Assembly (NCBI RefSeq): GCF_006345805.1
Contig: NC_043007.1
Coordinates: forward strand, 60,388,001-60,452,000
Direction: 5' to 3'
From: Octopus sinensis
Taxonomy: Eukaryota
Length of the DNA: 64,000 nucleotides
In this document: positions 42,125-54,926 of the stretch, in pieces
Layout: each line of letters begins with the position of its first letter
Numbering within the stretch: position 1 is the stretch's first letter
The notes under the pieces: model-generated
The model's input: only the letters and a program-made list of their open reading frames with translations
Told to the model about the DNA's origin: nothing
The model's database searches: none
Program-made: the position numbers and the translations under genes

Positions 42125-43374
42125 TCAGGCTGAGTAAAAAGTAAGCAACGTTTTGAATCATGAAATTCATCACAATATATTTCAACAATACAGCAATTTT
42201 ATTCATCAAAGCAAGTACCATTACAATCAACACACTTTTGCCAATGAGTTACAAGTTTGTTTATTCCGGTAACATAAAAATCTGGAGTTCTGGAGCTGAT
42301 GAACTTTTTGAACACACGTTCAGCATCAGTTTGACTTTTAAACACTTTCTCTTGCAGGAAACCATCAAGGTGCTTGAAAGAGTGATAGTCAGTAGGAGAA
42401 TGGTCTGGGGAATAAGCTGGGTGGAGAAGAACTTCATAGCCGAGTTCCCTCAATTTCTGGAGCATCATTAGTGAAATGTGTGGTTGAGCATTGTCATGAA
42501 GAATGATTGGTCCTCTTCTGTTGACCAGTCTGGGACGGAGAAGTAGCAGTTTTTTTTCATTTTGGCAATTTCATAGCAATGTTTCTGCAGTAATGGTTTT
42601 TCTGGGTTTTAAAAAGTTATAGTGGATGAGTCCAGCAGTACACCACCAAACAGTCACCATAATCTTCTTTTTAAAGAGCTCAGGTTTATGGCAGGTTTTC
42701 AGTGCTTCAATTTGGTCCAACCACTGTGAAGAACGTTTTTTATCATTGTACAGAATCCACTTTTCATCACAAGTTACAATATGGTTGAGAAATGGATCAG
42801 TCTGGTTATGGAAAAGAAGTGACGAGTAAATCTCATATCTGCACATTTTCTGATTTTCATTCAAATCGTGTGGTACCCATTTTCCGAGCCTTTTTGATTT
42901 TCCAATCACATGCATATGGTTTTGTCAGTTCTCGAGTGGTTTACATGGATCTTTCTCAATGACAGTCTTTAATTGACCATCATCAATGACAGATAGGCAT
43001 CCACTACACTCACGATCTTCAAATCTCAGGTGTCCACTGCGAAATCGTTTAAACCCTTTTCAAGCTGACTACTCACTGGTTGTTTCCTCACCAAACATTT
43101 CATTGATATCACGAGCAGTTTCAGTTGCTTTATGTCCTTTTTTGAAGTTGAATAGCAAAATTGCTCAAATATCGCACTTTGACAGCTCCATTTCAGATGA
43201 TTGTAACAATGGTGAAAAAAAATATCAATGTTAATTTATTGATGCATTTGGGCAGGTCTATATCTGTATTATCAGGCAATTGCAAAATATTATTTTAAAA
43301 AATTCAAAACTTTGCAAAAATCCGGTACAAATACTTCACGGTTCAAAGTGTTGCTTACTTTTTATTCAACCTGA
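42125..43374 (-). mobile_element. Full-length mariner (DD34D) transposon with frameshifted transposase
   Basis: TIRs TCAGGCTGAGTAAAAAGTAAGCAAC / GTTGCTTACTTTTTATTCAACCTGA, TA on both sides; WVPHDL, TCDEKW, HDNA and HPAYSPDHSPTDY motifs. Confidence 0.95.
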
Positions 43375-44224
43375 TATTAGGGAGAGAGGGTGAAAAATCT
43401 CTATCTGTCCCACTTTTCAATTACCACTGTGACAATGTAAATTTTATAACATAAATAAACCAAAACATTGCAGAGATGGTTTAGATATAGCAGACAAAGG
43501 AAATTTGGCATTTTGGAGACTAATGCTGATTCAACCAGATCAGATACATATGTCAGACTGTTTGCACCATATTTTCTAGAGTTTCTAGGTAACAATGTTG
43601 AAATGGAAGAAGAATTTTATATTTTCCTTTGATCTATTTTCTCCTTGCATAATTTGTCTTCTTAATTTATTAAAACTTGGTAGCTTGCTACTATTGTTAT
43701 ATGTCCAATAATCTCAAAATTATTGAGTTGGCACAGCTTGTTATCTTATAAAAATATTTATTACATCAAAAGCTTTTTTAACCATTTAAGGATACATGAA
43801 AATCTGTTATGCTCACTTTCATTTATTTTTTTTTGATATTATTGATTTCTAAGACTGTAAAAAAATAAGTTGTCACACTTCTACCAGCTTGTTACTGACA
43901 TGATTCCATTACTATTCCAGAAGTAGTAGAGGTGTGTAAAAGTGTAATAAAACTTGTTGACTTTTAGTTAATATAATTAAGAAATAAACCATGCTGTCAG
44001 GGTCTAGTTTGCCTTTCATTCTTTCAGGAATCAATGAAATAAGTACCAGTTGCACATTTGAGCCATTATAATCAACTTACTACACCCTTCAAAATTGTTG
44101 TGCCAAAATTAGGAAAACATTAAGAAATAAACAAGAATGTTAGAGTTTTGGAAGTATTCTTAAATGGCCAAAATTACTTCTATGATGTAATTGTTTCTGC
44201 TTCATCAGATGGCTTTCACAGTCA

Positions 44225-44585
44225 TAGCTGGGTGGCTTAGAAATGTGCTTCTCAACTATATGGTTTGGAGTTCAGTTCAGCTACACAGCATCTTGGTCAA
44301 GTCTTCTTCTGCCTCTAGCCTACCAATACCTTGTGTGTGATTTAGTAAAAGGAAGTGTATGGAAGCCAGTTCTCTGTGTTTGTGTTTGACTCTCACCACT
44401 TGATAGCTGCATTGGTTTGTTCATCTCCCTATGACTTAACAGTTGGGTAAAAAAAAAAAAAGAGATTGATAGAATAGATATCTGGCTCAAATTAAGTACT
44501 GAGTTTCATTTGATCAACTAAACGCATCAAGGTGGTGCCCCAGCATGACCACAGGCCCCTGACTACTGAGGTATAAAAGAATAAA
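44225..44585 (+). mobile_element. Old family A SINE
   Basis: Degenerate match to the 3154-3550 consensus from head to tail. Confidence 0.7.
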
Positions 44586-45147
44586 ATCTCAAGTCAGTTT
44601 GTTTGCCACTGAAGTGTCAAGTTAGTTTCATAATTATATAATTTTCTTTTGTCTGTGTCTTTTCTTTTTTGGAGGGTTTGGGAGGTTGTCAACACATGCT
44701 TCCAAGTAAACAACTCTAGACTTGTTTTTTAAAAAGAAATCCACAAGTGCTTGTGAATTGGCAATTGCGTCTGCAAGTGATGGTATACACAAGTCTAGTG
44801 CGAGTGAACGTGATTCAGAAAACAATTATAATAGTAATATTTATTATAAATGATCTTGACATTCTTTTTACTTTACATAAAATATTCTTTACACTCTACT
44901 GTTGTTTTATTGCCATTTATTTATGGGTATTATAAATTTTATAGGTAAAATATTTTTCTGGGAACGGAACGAATTACGATTTATAGCATTACTACTATAG
45001 AGAATTATTGATCTGTTTTACAAGTTTTTGCTTTACAAGTGGTCTCCAGGCACAAATTAACTTGTATATCAAGACATTACTGTATGTATATTTCATTTAT
45101 ATCCATTTCTATTTCATTTTTTTTCTTTTTCTTTTTTTTTTTTTTAG

Positions 45148-45386
45148 CTAAGTAAAGATAGTTCCACGTTACCAACACAACTTGGTAATAAGACTGAATG
45201 TGCACTTCTAGGCTTTGTTTTGGATTTGGGACAAGATTATGATGCCTTGAGAGAAGAAACTCCCGTTGATAAAATCTATAAAATTTATACTTTCAACTCT
45301 GTTCGAAAATCTATGAGTACAGTTCTAAAGCTTGAAGACGGATTTCGGTTATATACAAAAGGAGCATCTGAAATTGTCTTAAAAAA
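45148..45386 (+). CDS. ATP2B: PMCA exon, N domain (LSKDSS...[11 protein letters not shown]...[12 protein letters not shown]...[10 protein letters not shown])
   Basis: Long poly-T/ag acceptor, gtaagt donor; [17 protein letters not shown] and KGASE motifs (hand-translated, absent from the ORF track). Confidence 0.97.
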
Positions 45387-45527
45387 GTAAGTTAATTACT
45401 TTTTCTGTTTTGTACAATGTTTTTAAAAAATGTACCAACAACAAAAAAAAATACATGAACTAGTGTAAGTAAAGATTATTTAGATGCAATAATTTCCTTA
45501 ATAAAATATTTTAATTTCTTTCACAAG

Positions 45528-45670
45528 GTGTGACTTTATTCTTGGACACGATGGAATTCCCAAACCTTTTTCTCTTCAAGACCAGGAAGATATGGTGGCA
45601 AACGTTATTGAGCCAATGGCTAATTATGGTTTGAGAACTTTGTGCTTGGCATTTAAACATTTTGTTCATG
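45528..45670 (+). CDS. ATP2B: PMCA exon (KCDFILGHDG...VIEPMANYGLRTLCLAFKHFVH)
   Basis: AAG acceptor, gtaagg donor; IEPMAxxGLRTxCxA motif; phase 2 in, phase 1 out. Confidence 0.95.
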
Positions 45671-47819
45671 GTAAGGAAAAAAGTTTTTTCATTTACATTC
45701 TTGAATTATGGTCTAGATTATCATTTATAAAAGCAGATTACTGTTGACATTCTGAAGTCAGTCAGCAACACAGGATATACCATGTAATTGAGGAAGAAAC
45801 AAAACAAAGACACAAGACAGGAAAATCAACCAAAGTTCACTGTTGCAGATTCAATAAAACTTCAGTGAATCAACACCATGCAAACCAATCAGCCTCTTAT
45901 ACATACCTTCAAAAATCCTAGAGAAACTCAGTTGGAATCTTTCTCAGATTTCCCACCCACATATTCCTCTTTCCAACTCACTACATGTAAACAGACCATT
46001 GCATTCAACCACCACACTACCCACAACTTTTACAAATAAAATACATGATAGCTTCAATACCAACCCCTCTCTCTCACACACACACACACACACAAAATAT
46101 TAATTATCATTTACATCAGCAACACATTTAACTGTTTTGCACTACCCAGTCATACAAAAAAAATGTTCAACACCTATTCAAGAAACAACACAAAATGATG
46201 GCTATCAAACCTGTGTAATAGACATTCAGAATTTTGGAATTTGTCTTACAGAGTGTCACAGTTATCCATCCTCTCACCCACTCTTCTTAATCTATACAAG
46301 TGCAGCCTTGCTGTACCTCTACAAAAAATATACATACCTCATTAGTAGATGAATGTCATCACTCTCACATCTCAACACAGTTGCACAACTGCTCCAACCT
46401 TGCATCTATAACAAAAAATCCTTACTCCAAAACAACAGATTTATAGAGGTCAAACTACCAAATTTACCGTCTTTCCCTTCTTTTCAAAGAACAGTAAATG
46501 CAACCATCCATTCCATTTAGCAATTTACCACACACAGAAAAAAAAATTGCAAGAGATTACATATATACCACCTCTACCACAGTCACAGAACATTAAGACG
46601 ATACAGTAAAGAAAGCAAGACCATGTCATAATGTACTTAGAGTACATGCAGGAACAGCATTTTACTAACAACAATAATTAGTAAACCAATATGTTAGATC
46701 CATTTTGAAATATATGTGGCCTTCAATTTTTCTAAAACAGTCTCTAATAAATTACAGAGATCACAAAACATGTTGCCTCATCACACATTGTTCACAAGCC
46801 ACACAACAGATCATAAATACTAGGTGTAGCAGACCAACAAGACTTACAAAGGGCAATATTTATTACCACAGCTGATTTTAATATTTGCACTATTTGCTGC
46901 TACAGGTACAGTCACACTCGGATATATTTACAACACCACCGTCACACTACTTTCTGCACACTAATACAATATCATCCTAAATTACTATCTCACCTTTTCA
47001 GCCATCTTTCATATACAAACATTGAAAGAGCTATGATATCAATAGTCTTAAGAACCTCCTAAACCCAACTGGGATGCACATCACCATTGATGAAAGCAAA
47101 GGACCAACAACTGCTATGATCTAATGAGTTTATTTTGTCCACCTCTACTCTGGCCACTTACCAGAATATACAGGTGTACAGAAATAAACAGAACAGTAGA
47201 GAGAGCACGTGGCTTGTTTGTCACCCTGTAGGATTAATCATTATCACCATGTGTCAAAGTGTGCAGTATGGTCTCTTGTTGAACAAAGTTACCGGATGCA
47301 AAAGATCAGGGGTCTCTTCAGCTAACTTTTCGTATGGCTTGGATCTGCTTGTTTATAGCTAACCTGGTTGTTATACAACAGCAACTATTTTGTCATCGTT
47401 GAGATGCTGATATGATTTTGTTTTTCTGTTTTCAATATTCAAACGACGATGATGATGATGATAATGATGACTGAAATTGCTTATTGAAAATACTGGCCAC
47501 CAACATATCTTCTTTATTCAATGCTCATATTAACACTTTAGCATCTAAACCAATCATAGATGACCTAAATATTCTACCTGTTTTACATTTAAATTGGCCA
47601 GATCCAACCCCTTACACCTACCCTTCAATGTAACACTCACACCATCAAAATCTTGAAGTTATGAGATGATGCATGATTAATTCAAAACAATGTGGATAAA
47701 TATGCATTACATTTGGCATTACCTAAATAAGCTTTATATTAGATCGAGTAATCTGAAGGCTGAAGGACTCAATTCATTCAGCATCACACTTTGTAATCAC
47801 AAGGTCTTTTTACTCTGAG

Positions 47820-48640
47820 AGAAAATTCTTTTTATGCCAACAGAGATAACATCTCCCTAAACTTCTTTCCTTTCTTTTTATTACAAGCACTTCCAGTACT
47901 AATTAGGTTACTTAACTCTTAACATCCTGTTGAAGTGAAGAGTCCAACCCTTTAAAGATATGGAACAAAAACGAATGATAGAAGAAAGGATTAGAGTTTT
48001 CTCCCTTACATTTGAGAATAACTCACTTCTTCCAAACTAACTGTAAAGAAGGTTATGATTTTTGGTGATATCATGTTTCAGAACTGGCTGACCTATACAA
48101 TTCCAATAACTAACTACAACTTCTAAGTAGCTATCTGAGCAGTTCATGAATTTTATAGGTGCTTTGTGCATAGAAATCCTACTTCCTTGCCAAATTTTCT
48201 ATTGCATTATCTATGTAATATTTGTATAACGCTTGCTTGCAATCATACATTGTACTGGTTTAATTAACTTTCTTCTGAATTATCAAGTAAGGCTATTTTT
48301 CTGGTGGCACTGAGTACTTTTACTTTCAGTTGCTAACTTGCACTTTGGTCTTTTATATCTTTGCACTCTAGATCATTCTTCTTAGTGTAGATCTTTCTCT
48401 GCTTCTCTTAAATTCTCCAATGAGAACCAAGTCATCATTGTATAAAAGCCCCTATGAACATCCATTCATGAACTCCTGTATTTTTCCTAAAATTAAAAGA
48501 CTGAAAACAGAGCACTGATGAACCTGTAAATAAACTAAAATCCTATTTCAACCTGCTACCAATTTTAACCATGAAAGAGCACTCACATACTTAGCTTACA
48601 CAGCTCTCACAAACCATTTACCCTTACTGAGCTTTCTCAG
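47820..48640 (-). mobile_element. Decayed RTE-like LINE RT fragment
   Basis: Minus-strand GLLYNDDLVLI (YADD-like) near 48420-48455. Confidence 0.55.
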
Positions 48641-49354
48641 TACCCAGGCAAATGTGTTTCTAGATTGTTGAATACATTCAAAATAATGTGGTGTGTTCCT
48701 TTCTTGCAGTCATTTCACTAGGAATAATTCTCTTGCTTGTGTTGTAAATTCTTCTTTTTTCTCAGCAACTGAATTTATCAAATTTTCCTATGGACAAATT
48801 TTGCTAGTTTAGGCCAACATTGTTTTCTTCAGATTCTGCATTTTTTTCCTATTCTATTCAGATATTGTCTTTTATTTTTCATATCCATACTTAGACACAC
48901 ACACACACACACACACAGAGCTATGTATACTTATTGTCTGAAAAATGAAAATGAATTTAGTTATGCTTTCATTAAATAAGGAATGTTGAATTTCAACATA
49001 ATGCAGAGTCATAAATTTAAGGTAAGGAGTAAAGTTAATTAAATCAATTGCAGTATCTTGGTGGTGCATTATTTTTTTTTTATCTGCATCCCATCTCCCA
49101 GAATGGTAATAGGCACCATTGACATAGATAGGATTTGAATTCAAAACATAAAGGGTTGTAACTAAATACACTTAAGGCATTCTGTCTCATAACTGGATGA
49201 TTCTGCCTATTCACATGGCCAGTAAATTAAAAATACTTACCAAAAAACAAATGTTCACTTGTTTAGTGCAATAAATGTTGATTTTTTTTCTTTTTTTGAG
49301 TGCAATATTAGAAGAAAATAATATTTATCAACTCTTGAAAATGTCAATTTCCAG

Positions 49355-49476
49355 GACCTGCCAAGGAAAATGAAACTCATTATGATGAAGAACCTAACTG
49401 GGAAAAAGAAGATGAAATTATTCGAGGACTGACTTGTATTGCTGTTGTTGGTATTGAAGATCCCGTACGAAGTGAA
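49355..49476 (+). CDS. ATP2B: PMCA exon ([41 protein letters not shown])
   Basis: tttccag acceptor, gttagt donor; [14 protein letters not shown] motif. Confidence 0.96.
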
Positions 49477-50584
49477 GTTAGTATATTTTCAATAACATAT
49501 GTCAATATTAATTTATCTCCTTTTAACCATTATAGAAATAACTAATAGTACCAACAGAAATGCCTTTGTTGATATTCAATCAAGTCTTTTTACAGAACAG
49601 ATATTTGTCTCCTATTCCAAGATTTCCTCTGAACTGGATATCTGCTTGACTGGTTAATTTCTCTAATTAATTTATATCTTTTCAAAGTTGATAGACAGAA
49701 GTAAATAGATTCCACTTGTCTGTCAGGTGTAAATTCACAATAATCCAATTAATCTCAGGCAAATGTGTTTTCCAAATTGATAAATGCATACATTCAAAGT
49801 GTGTTCCTTTATTGCAACCATTTCACTGGAAATAATTCCCTTGCTTATGTTGTAGATTCTTCACTCCTCTCAGCAATTAAATTTATCAAATTTTCCTATG
49901 AACTAATTACTGCCAATTTATGCCAACATTGTTTTCTTCAGATTTTCTGCAGACATAATTGTGTGGTTAAGAAGTTCACTTTCCAACTACATGGTTTCTG
50001 ATTCAATCCTACTGTGTAGTACCTAATGTTCTATAGCTTCAGGTCAACCAAAGTCTTGTGTGTGTTTATAGTTGTGACTGCCACCATCCTACAAGCAGTA
50101 TCATTCATTTCCAGTTCTCTATGAAAAACATATCTGGACAAGGGTAAATATTACCCTACTTGGAAACAGTGGACTGGTGTCAAGAAGAACATCTAGCCAT
50201 AGAAAATTTACCTCAACAAATTCTGTTTGACCTGTAATAGTGAACAATAAAATAATGATGATGGTGGACACAAAATATTCTATGAAATACATCATCTAAC
50301 ATCTTTGAAAATTTTAATTTATATTTTTCTCTTCTAACTGAATATTATACCAGAGAAATAAGTTGTACCCAAATTACTGTCTTGGATTCTTCATTTACCA
50401 TGTTTCCATGTAATAAAATAAATGACTGGGTGCTTGCAGAAGGATAAGTGCCAAGAAATATTAGTTTAGGATGAGTCATGTAAATATTATGCATGATGGT
50501 TAAATAATTTTAGGAAATTAATGCTGATTAGTGTAATCAATGCCACTTGAATGATGGATGTCTTTTGTTTTTTTATTTTTCTAG

Positions 50585-50767
50585 GTTCCTGGTGCCATAA
50601 AGAAATGTCAAGAGGCTGGTATCACCGTAAGAATGGTAACCGGAGACAACGTTAACACAGCACGGTCAATTGCCGCAAAATGTGGTATTCTTCGCCCTGG
50701 TGAAGAATTCCTGGTGATTGAAGGCAGAGAATTTAACCATAGAATCAGGGATCCAGCCACTGGCGAG
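50585..50767 (+). CDS. ATP2B: PMCA exon ([30 protein letters not shown]...DPATGE)
   Basis: ttttctag acceptor, gttagt donor; MVTGDN motif. Confidence 0.97.
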
Positions 50768-51067
50768 GTTAGTCTAGTTTTCTTTAAGCTGATTCTTTTA
50801 ACTTTAAGTTCATTTATCAATGCTTAAATATGTACTTGATATATTTAAGAGTTTGGGTAATGGTGCTTGGAGGTTTCATTATTTTAGTTAGTCATATTCA
50901 TTTATTTTCCTACAAACCAAATTATAGCATACAAAATAATATGACATCTGAAGACCACAATTGCTTTTTGTAGTTTCAACTTATGTTTGAAGGAGTTTAG
51001 CTTTTGTCCCCTGAAACAATGATTCTTTAAGAAAAAGCGGTCATTATGTCAGTGGCGTTGATATATA

Positions 51068-51279
51068 CAAGGAGGTACTGAAAAGTTCAGCACCCACTTG
51101 TATAAAATACAGGAGGATCAGTCAATAATTTTATTCAAATTATTCCCTTCTCGGATTCATACAGTTATTACAGTGGTCCTTCAGTTTTTCTAAGCCCTAT
51201 AAAAGAACTCGGAAGGTTGAGCTTCCAATTAGGCCTTTTATGATACCCTTTAAACCAGGAACTTTTCAGCACCCCCTTG
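51068..51279. mobile_element. 212-bp Tc1/mariner-type MITE
   Basis: 21-bp TIRs CAAGGAGGTACTGAAAAGTTC / GAACTTTTCAGCACCCCCTTG (2 mismatches) with TA on both sides. Confidence 0.85.
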
Positions 51280-51599
51280 TATGAAGTGAAGTTACTGAAT
51301 GTAAATTTACAATTCCAGTTTGGATTTTTAAAATATTTTTTAAGAAAATAAATTTAAAATTTTCTAAGTTTCTTAATCGTGACACATATTCTGGTAAAAC
51401 TACTTGTATGAAAATTAATTATAGCCAATTTATTGCAATTTAATGTACATATTTTGAAGCTTCAGTGCTTTGTCTTCTTTAGATTGTTCTTCAGGTTAAT
51501 CAGAACAATATCTTTGGTGAGCAGTTTCATAGAATTCTTTATTCTTCTCCAGTTGTAATGTATTTCTATAGGTATTTCAAGGATAGATTTATATTCATG

Positions 51600-54500
51600 T
51601 AATCTATATTTAATACAATAGATATCTCAGAATCAGAAATTGTCTCTTGGCAACTCTGGAGATATCTTAGAGTCAAAGTTTGTCACTTGATAACATGGTG
51701 GGTGGGATATTCCCTTCAGCAATGGACAAAGAAAAAGATTAAATCTTTGGAGTGCCTATGGTGTAGCCTAAGCTGCAAAACCCCTTCAGTGATTGTTATT
51801 TTTGCATTGTTAATATGAAAGGCTTCAGTTGTTACAATAAAAGACAAACAAGGGATTAACCTAATTTGGAATCTCCACAGTGACCAGTACCAAATAGCAA
51901 AGAAATTCCTATACCACTGATTACCTCAGTGCTTGACCTTCCTTTTCAGATATTGAAAAAATGCAGAGCTTGGTGTAAACTATAGATTGTAATCATCATC
52001 ATCATCATCATCGTTTAACGTCCGTTTTCCGCGATAGCAAGGGTTGGACGGTTCGACCGGGGTCTGGGAAGCCAGGGGCTGCTCCAAGCTCCAGTCTGAT
52101 CTGGCAGAGTTTCTACGGCTGGATGCCCTTCCTAACGCCAACCACTCCGCGAGTGTAGTGGGTGCTTTTTACGTGCCACCTGCACAGGTGCCAGCGGGGG
52201 TCCGGCATCGGCCACGATCGGTTGGAGCTTTTAACGTGCCAGCAGCATGGAAGCCAGCCAAGGCGGCGCTGGCAACGTTCGGATGGTGCTTTTTATGTGC
52301 CTCCGGCACAGAAGCCAGTCGGAGCGGCGCTGGCATCGGCCACGTTCAGATGGTGCTTTTTATGTGCCACCGGCACAGAAGCCAGTCGGGGCGGCGCTGG
52401 CATCGGCCACGTTCGGATAGTGCTTTTTATGTGCCACCGGCACAGGCATTATAACTACTATTTCCATTGATATTTATTTCGACGTTCATGTTCATGACTC
52501 AATAGATCTCCTCAAGCACAGCGGGACGTTCTGGGATCCAAGGTACTTTGAATGGGCAGGGGCTATGCGGAACTGATGCAGGAAGCAGCCCGGGTCTTTG
52601 CAGTCACAGCATATCTCCAGAGATCTCGGTCCTTTGCCATTGCCTCAGTGAGGCCCAACGCTCTGAGGTCATGCTTGACTACCTGACTACCTGTAATGGT
52701 GAAAATAAATATACAGTATGCTTATTGACACTAAAGCAACTCTCCGAGAAAAAAAACTTTACGACCTGATATGAGACTTCAGTTTTTGAAAGCAGTCCCT
52801 GAACCTAAGCATCCAGGCTAAAAGAAAACTGCTACAACCAGAAGTGAAAGTAACAGCTTAGCAAAAAAGAGAGGAGGTACTTCTTCCTTACTTCAGCAAA
52901 GATGAAGATATTTTCTACTACAATAGCATCCCTGGACTTCTCTAAATGGGACTACCAGAATATCAACCACAAGATTGGCAACCTTTTATAGACAGCTCCA
53001 CCAGAACATTGAAATGTATTTTTATTACACAATGAAAACTGCTAGGCATCTTTATCAGTTGCTCATTCAATTAAAAATGTCAAAATTCTCTAGGAGAAAC
53101 ACTGCATGAGTACCACTAGTCTATTTGCTTTGACTTAAGGTTGGTGAATTTCTAGTTTGGATAGCAAAACAGCTATATGAAAAAACTTTGTTTCATGAGC
53201 AGTGGCCGCTTGTAGATAAAATGAGTTGGGGTGCTGCTTCAGAAAATTTTTAGAAAAAGAATATTTAAACTTGATCGGTTTGCATTTGATAGTAGTGTGT
53301 TTAATTTTTTCACTGAACACCACTGTGAATACCTATGGTTTTTAAAAATCCCACCTAAAACACAGAATCAGGGGCGGAAATCAGACCTATTTTTCAAATC
53401 CTGATGCTGAAAGCAGGATAATAATCTAATTCTACACTTTGTCACATTCAAGAATATAAACACATTTTTAAGCACAACACACGCGTAGTCAAAGAAACAC
53501 TACCTTTTACCGGCATTGCATGAACAACAGTGCTCTCTGTCCCTAGCATGAAGTTTCCTATCTCGAACATGTGAGCATGCACACAACAGCCAAACACTAC
53601 ATTGCTGGAATTGTGAAGTGCACAGTTCTATACAAAGATTTTTGTTTTTTTTCCATAACCTAGGGGATGACTACTGACATTAAGCTTAGGAATTATATAA
53701 TAAAGAAAGAATTAAAGAAAAATGGACTCATCATATTGAATGTTATCAACAATATCGAAATAGCGGGTGCTGCAGTTTCACAGTACCTCTCCATAAGCCA
53801 CCACTGTTCATTAGCAGAAAGTGACCTGGATTTCAAGGGAGACAATTGCAGTAGGGACTGAACATCATTAATGAATCTTTAATTCAAAAAGAAAACATCA
53901 TTTGTCATCCCCTTTACAGCAGACTTGAACAACTGAAGCAATTTTCCAAAAGTTTGGACAATGATGATGTTTGCATTTACAGATTGTTCCTCGACTTGAG
54001 AATTCAAAAACTAAAAGGAAGAATGAGAATATTTTTTGCTTCCTCATATTTGTAAACTCATTGTAGATTCTAGTCTTCTGAAATAACTACTTGGGCATTT
54101 TCCAGAGAATCTTGAAGATTTCAGTGAGGAACAAAGGGAGAGGTTCCACCAGGATATAAGAGTGATAAATGAAAGGTATCAAGGCAGATAGGACAGACAC
54201 AATGGCAGGCTTGTGCTGGACCCTTCAGCATAAATGTCCTGCTAAACCACACACCCACAAAAAATCATAGTGATTTTTTTAAGGGATTGATTGATATATT
54301 TTAATGTATTTAATTAGCCAGTGTGTCTGCATATTGTCGCGTAGACTATTATTGCATAAGATGCCATAAAATATTTTGCTTATTTTTTTCATGATTTTTT
54401 TTGTGTTACAATGTGGTATTTCTTTTAGCATTTTATGTCAATATGTTCTGATGTTTTATTAAAAAATTAAAATATTTTAAATTCCATCATGCATAAAACT

Positions 54501-54675
54501 CGGTTCACCAATGATGGGGGATCAGAAGGCTAACAATGATAAATTCTCAAATGTAGGGTCTTCAATTATGTTAAGCACTGGTGCTAATCTGGTAAAATTG
54601 ATGCCATATTCAGATTCAGCACCCTAAACCTGTCCTAAGATCACCTCAATGAATTTGATAATGAAAATAGTGTTG
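51600..54675 (+). mobile_element. Decayed Chapaev3-like (CMC) DNA transposon interrupted by SINEs
   Basis: Fragments FGVPMV...SDCYFC, DWQT/FIDSSTRTLKC/LLHN, DIKLR and FPENLEDFSEEQRERFHQDI in the expected order; ends are approximate. Confidence 0.75.
51992..52690 (-). mobile_element. Family B retroposon with (ATG)n tail and internal ~62-bp tandem repeats
   Basis: (ATC)n-GTTTAACGTCCG start; repeated GGTGCTTTT...GTGCCACCGGCACAGAAGCCAG units; homologues at 40540-40890, 60884-61290 and 62880-63380. Confidence 0.85.
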
Positions 54676-54731
54676 ATTATTGTTGTTTCCTATTTGAAAA
54701 CTTTTCATCATAATCTTATTTTATCCTTTAG

Positions 54732-54926
54732 GTTAAGCAGGAACTGTTTGATCAAGTATGGCCTCAATTGAGAGTCTTGGCAAGATCTTCCCCACAAGAT
54801 AAATATACTTTGGTAAAAGGCATCATTGACAGTCGAGTTAATGCCAATAGAGAGGTAGTTGCTGTCACAGGAGATGGTACAAATGATGGACCAGCTTTGA
54901 AAAAAGCTGATGTTGGTTTTGCTATG
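54732..54926 (+). CDS. ATP2B: PMCA exon ([24 protein letters not shown]...[23 protein letters not shown])
   Basis: cctttag acceptor, gtaata donor; hinge motif [10 protein letters not shown]. Confidence 0.98.

Noticed and set aside
52140-52450. Regularly spaced ~62-bp repeats, superficially CRISPR-like
   Set aside because: Whole units repeat without unique spacers; internal to a dispersed retroposon in a eukaryotic intron; no cas genes.
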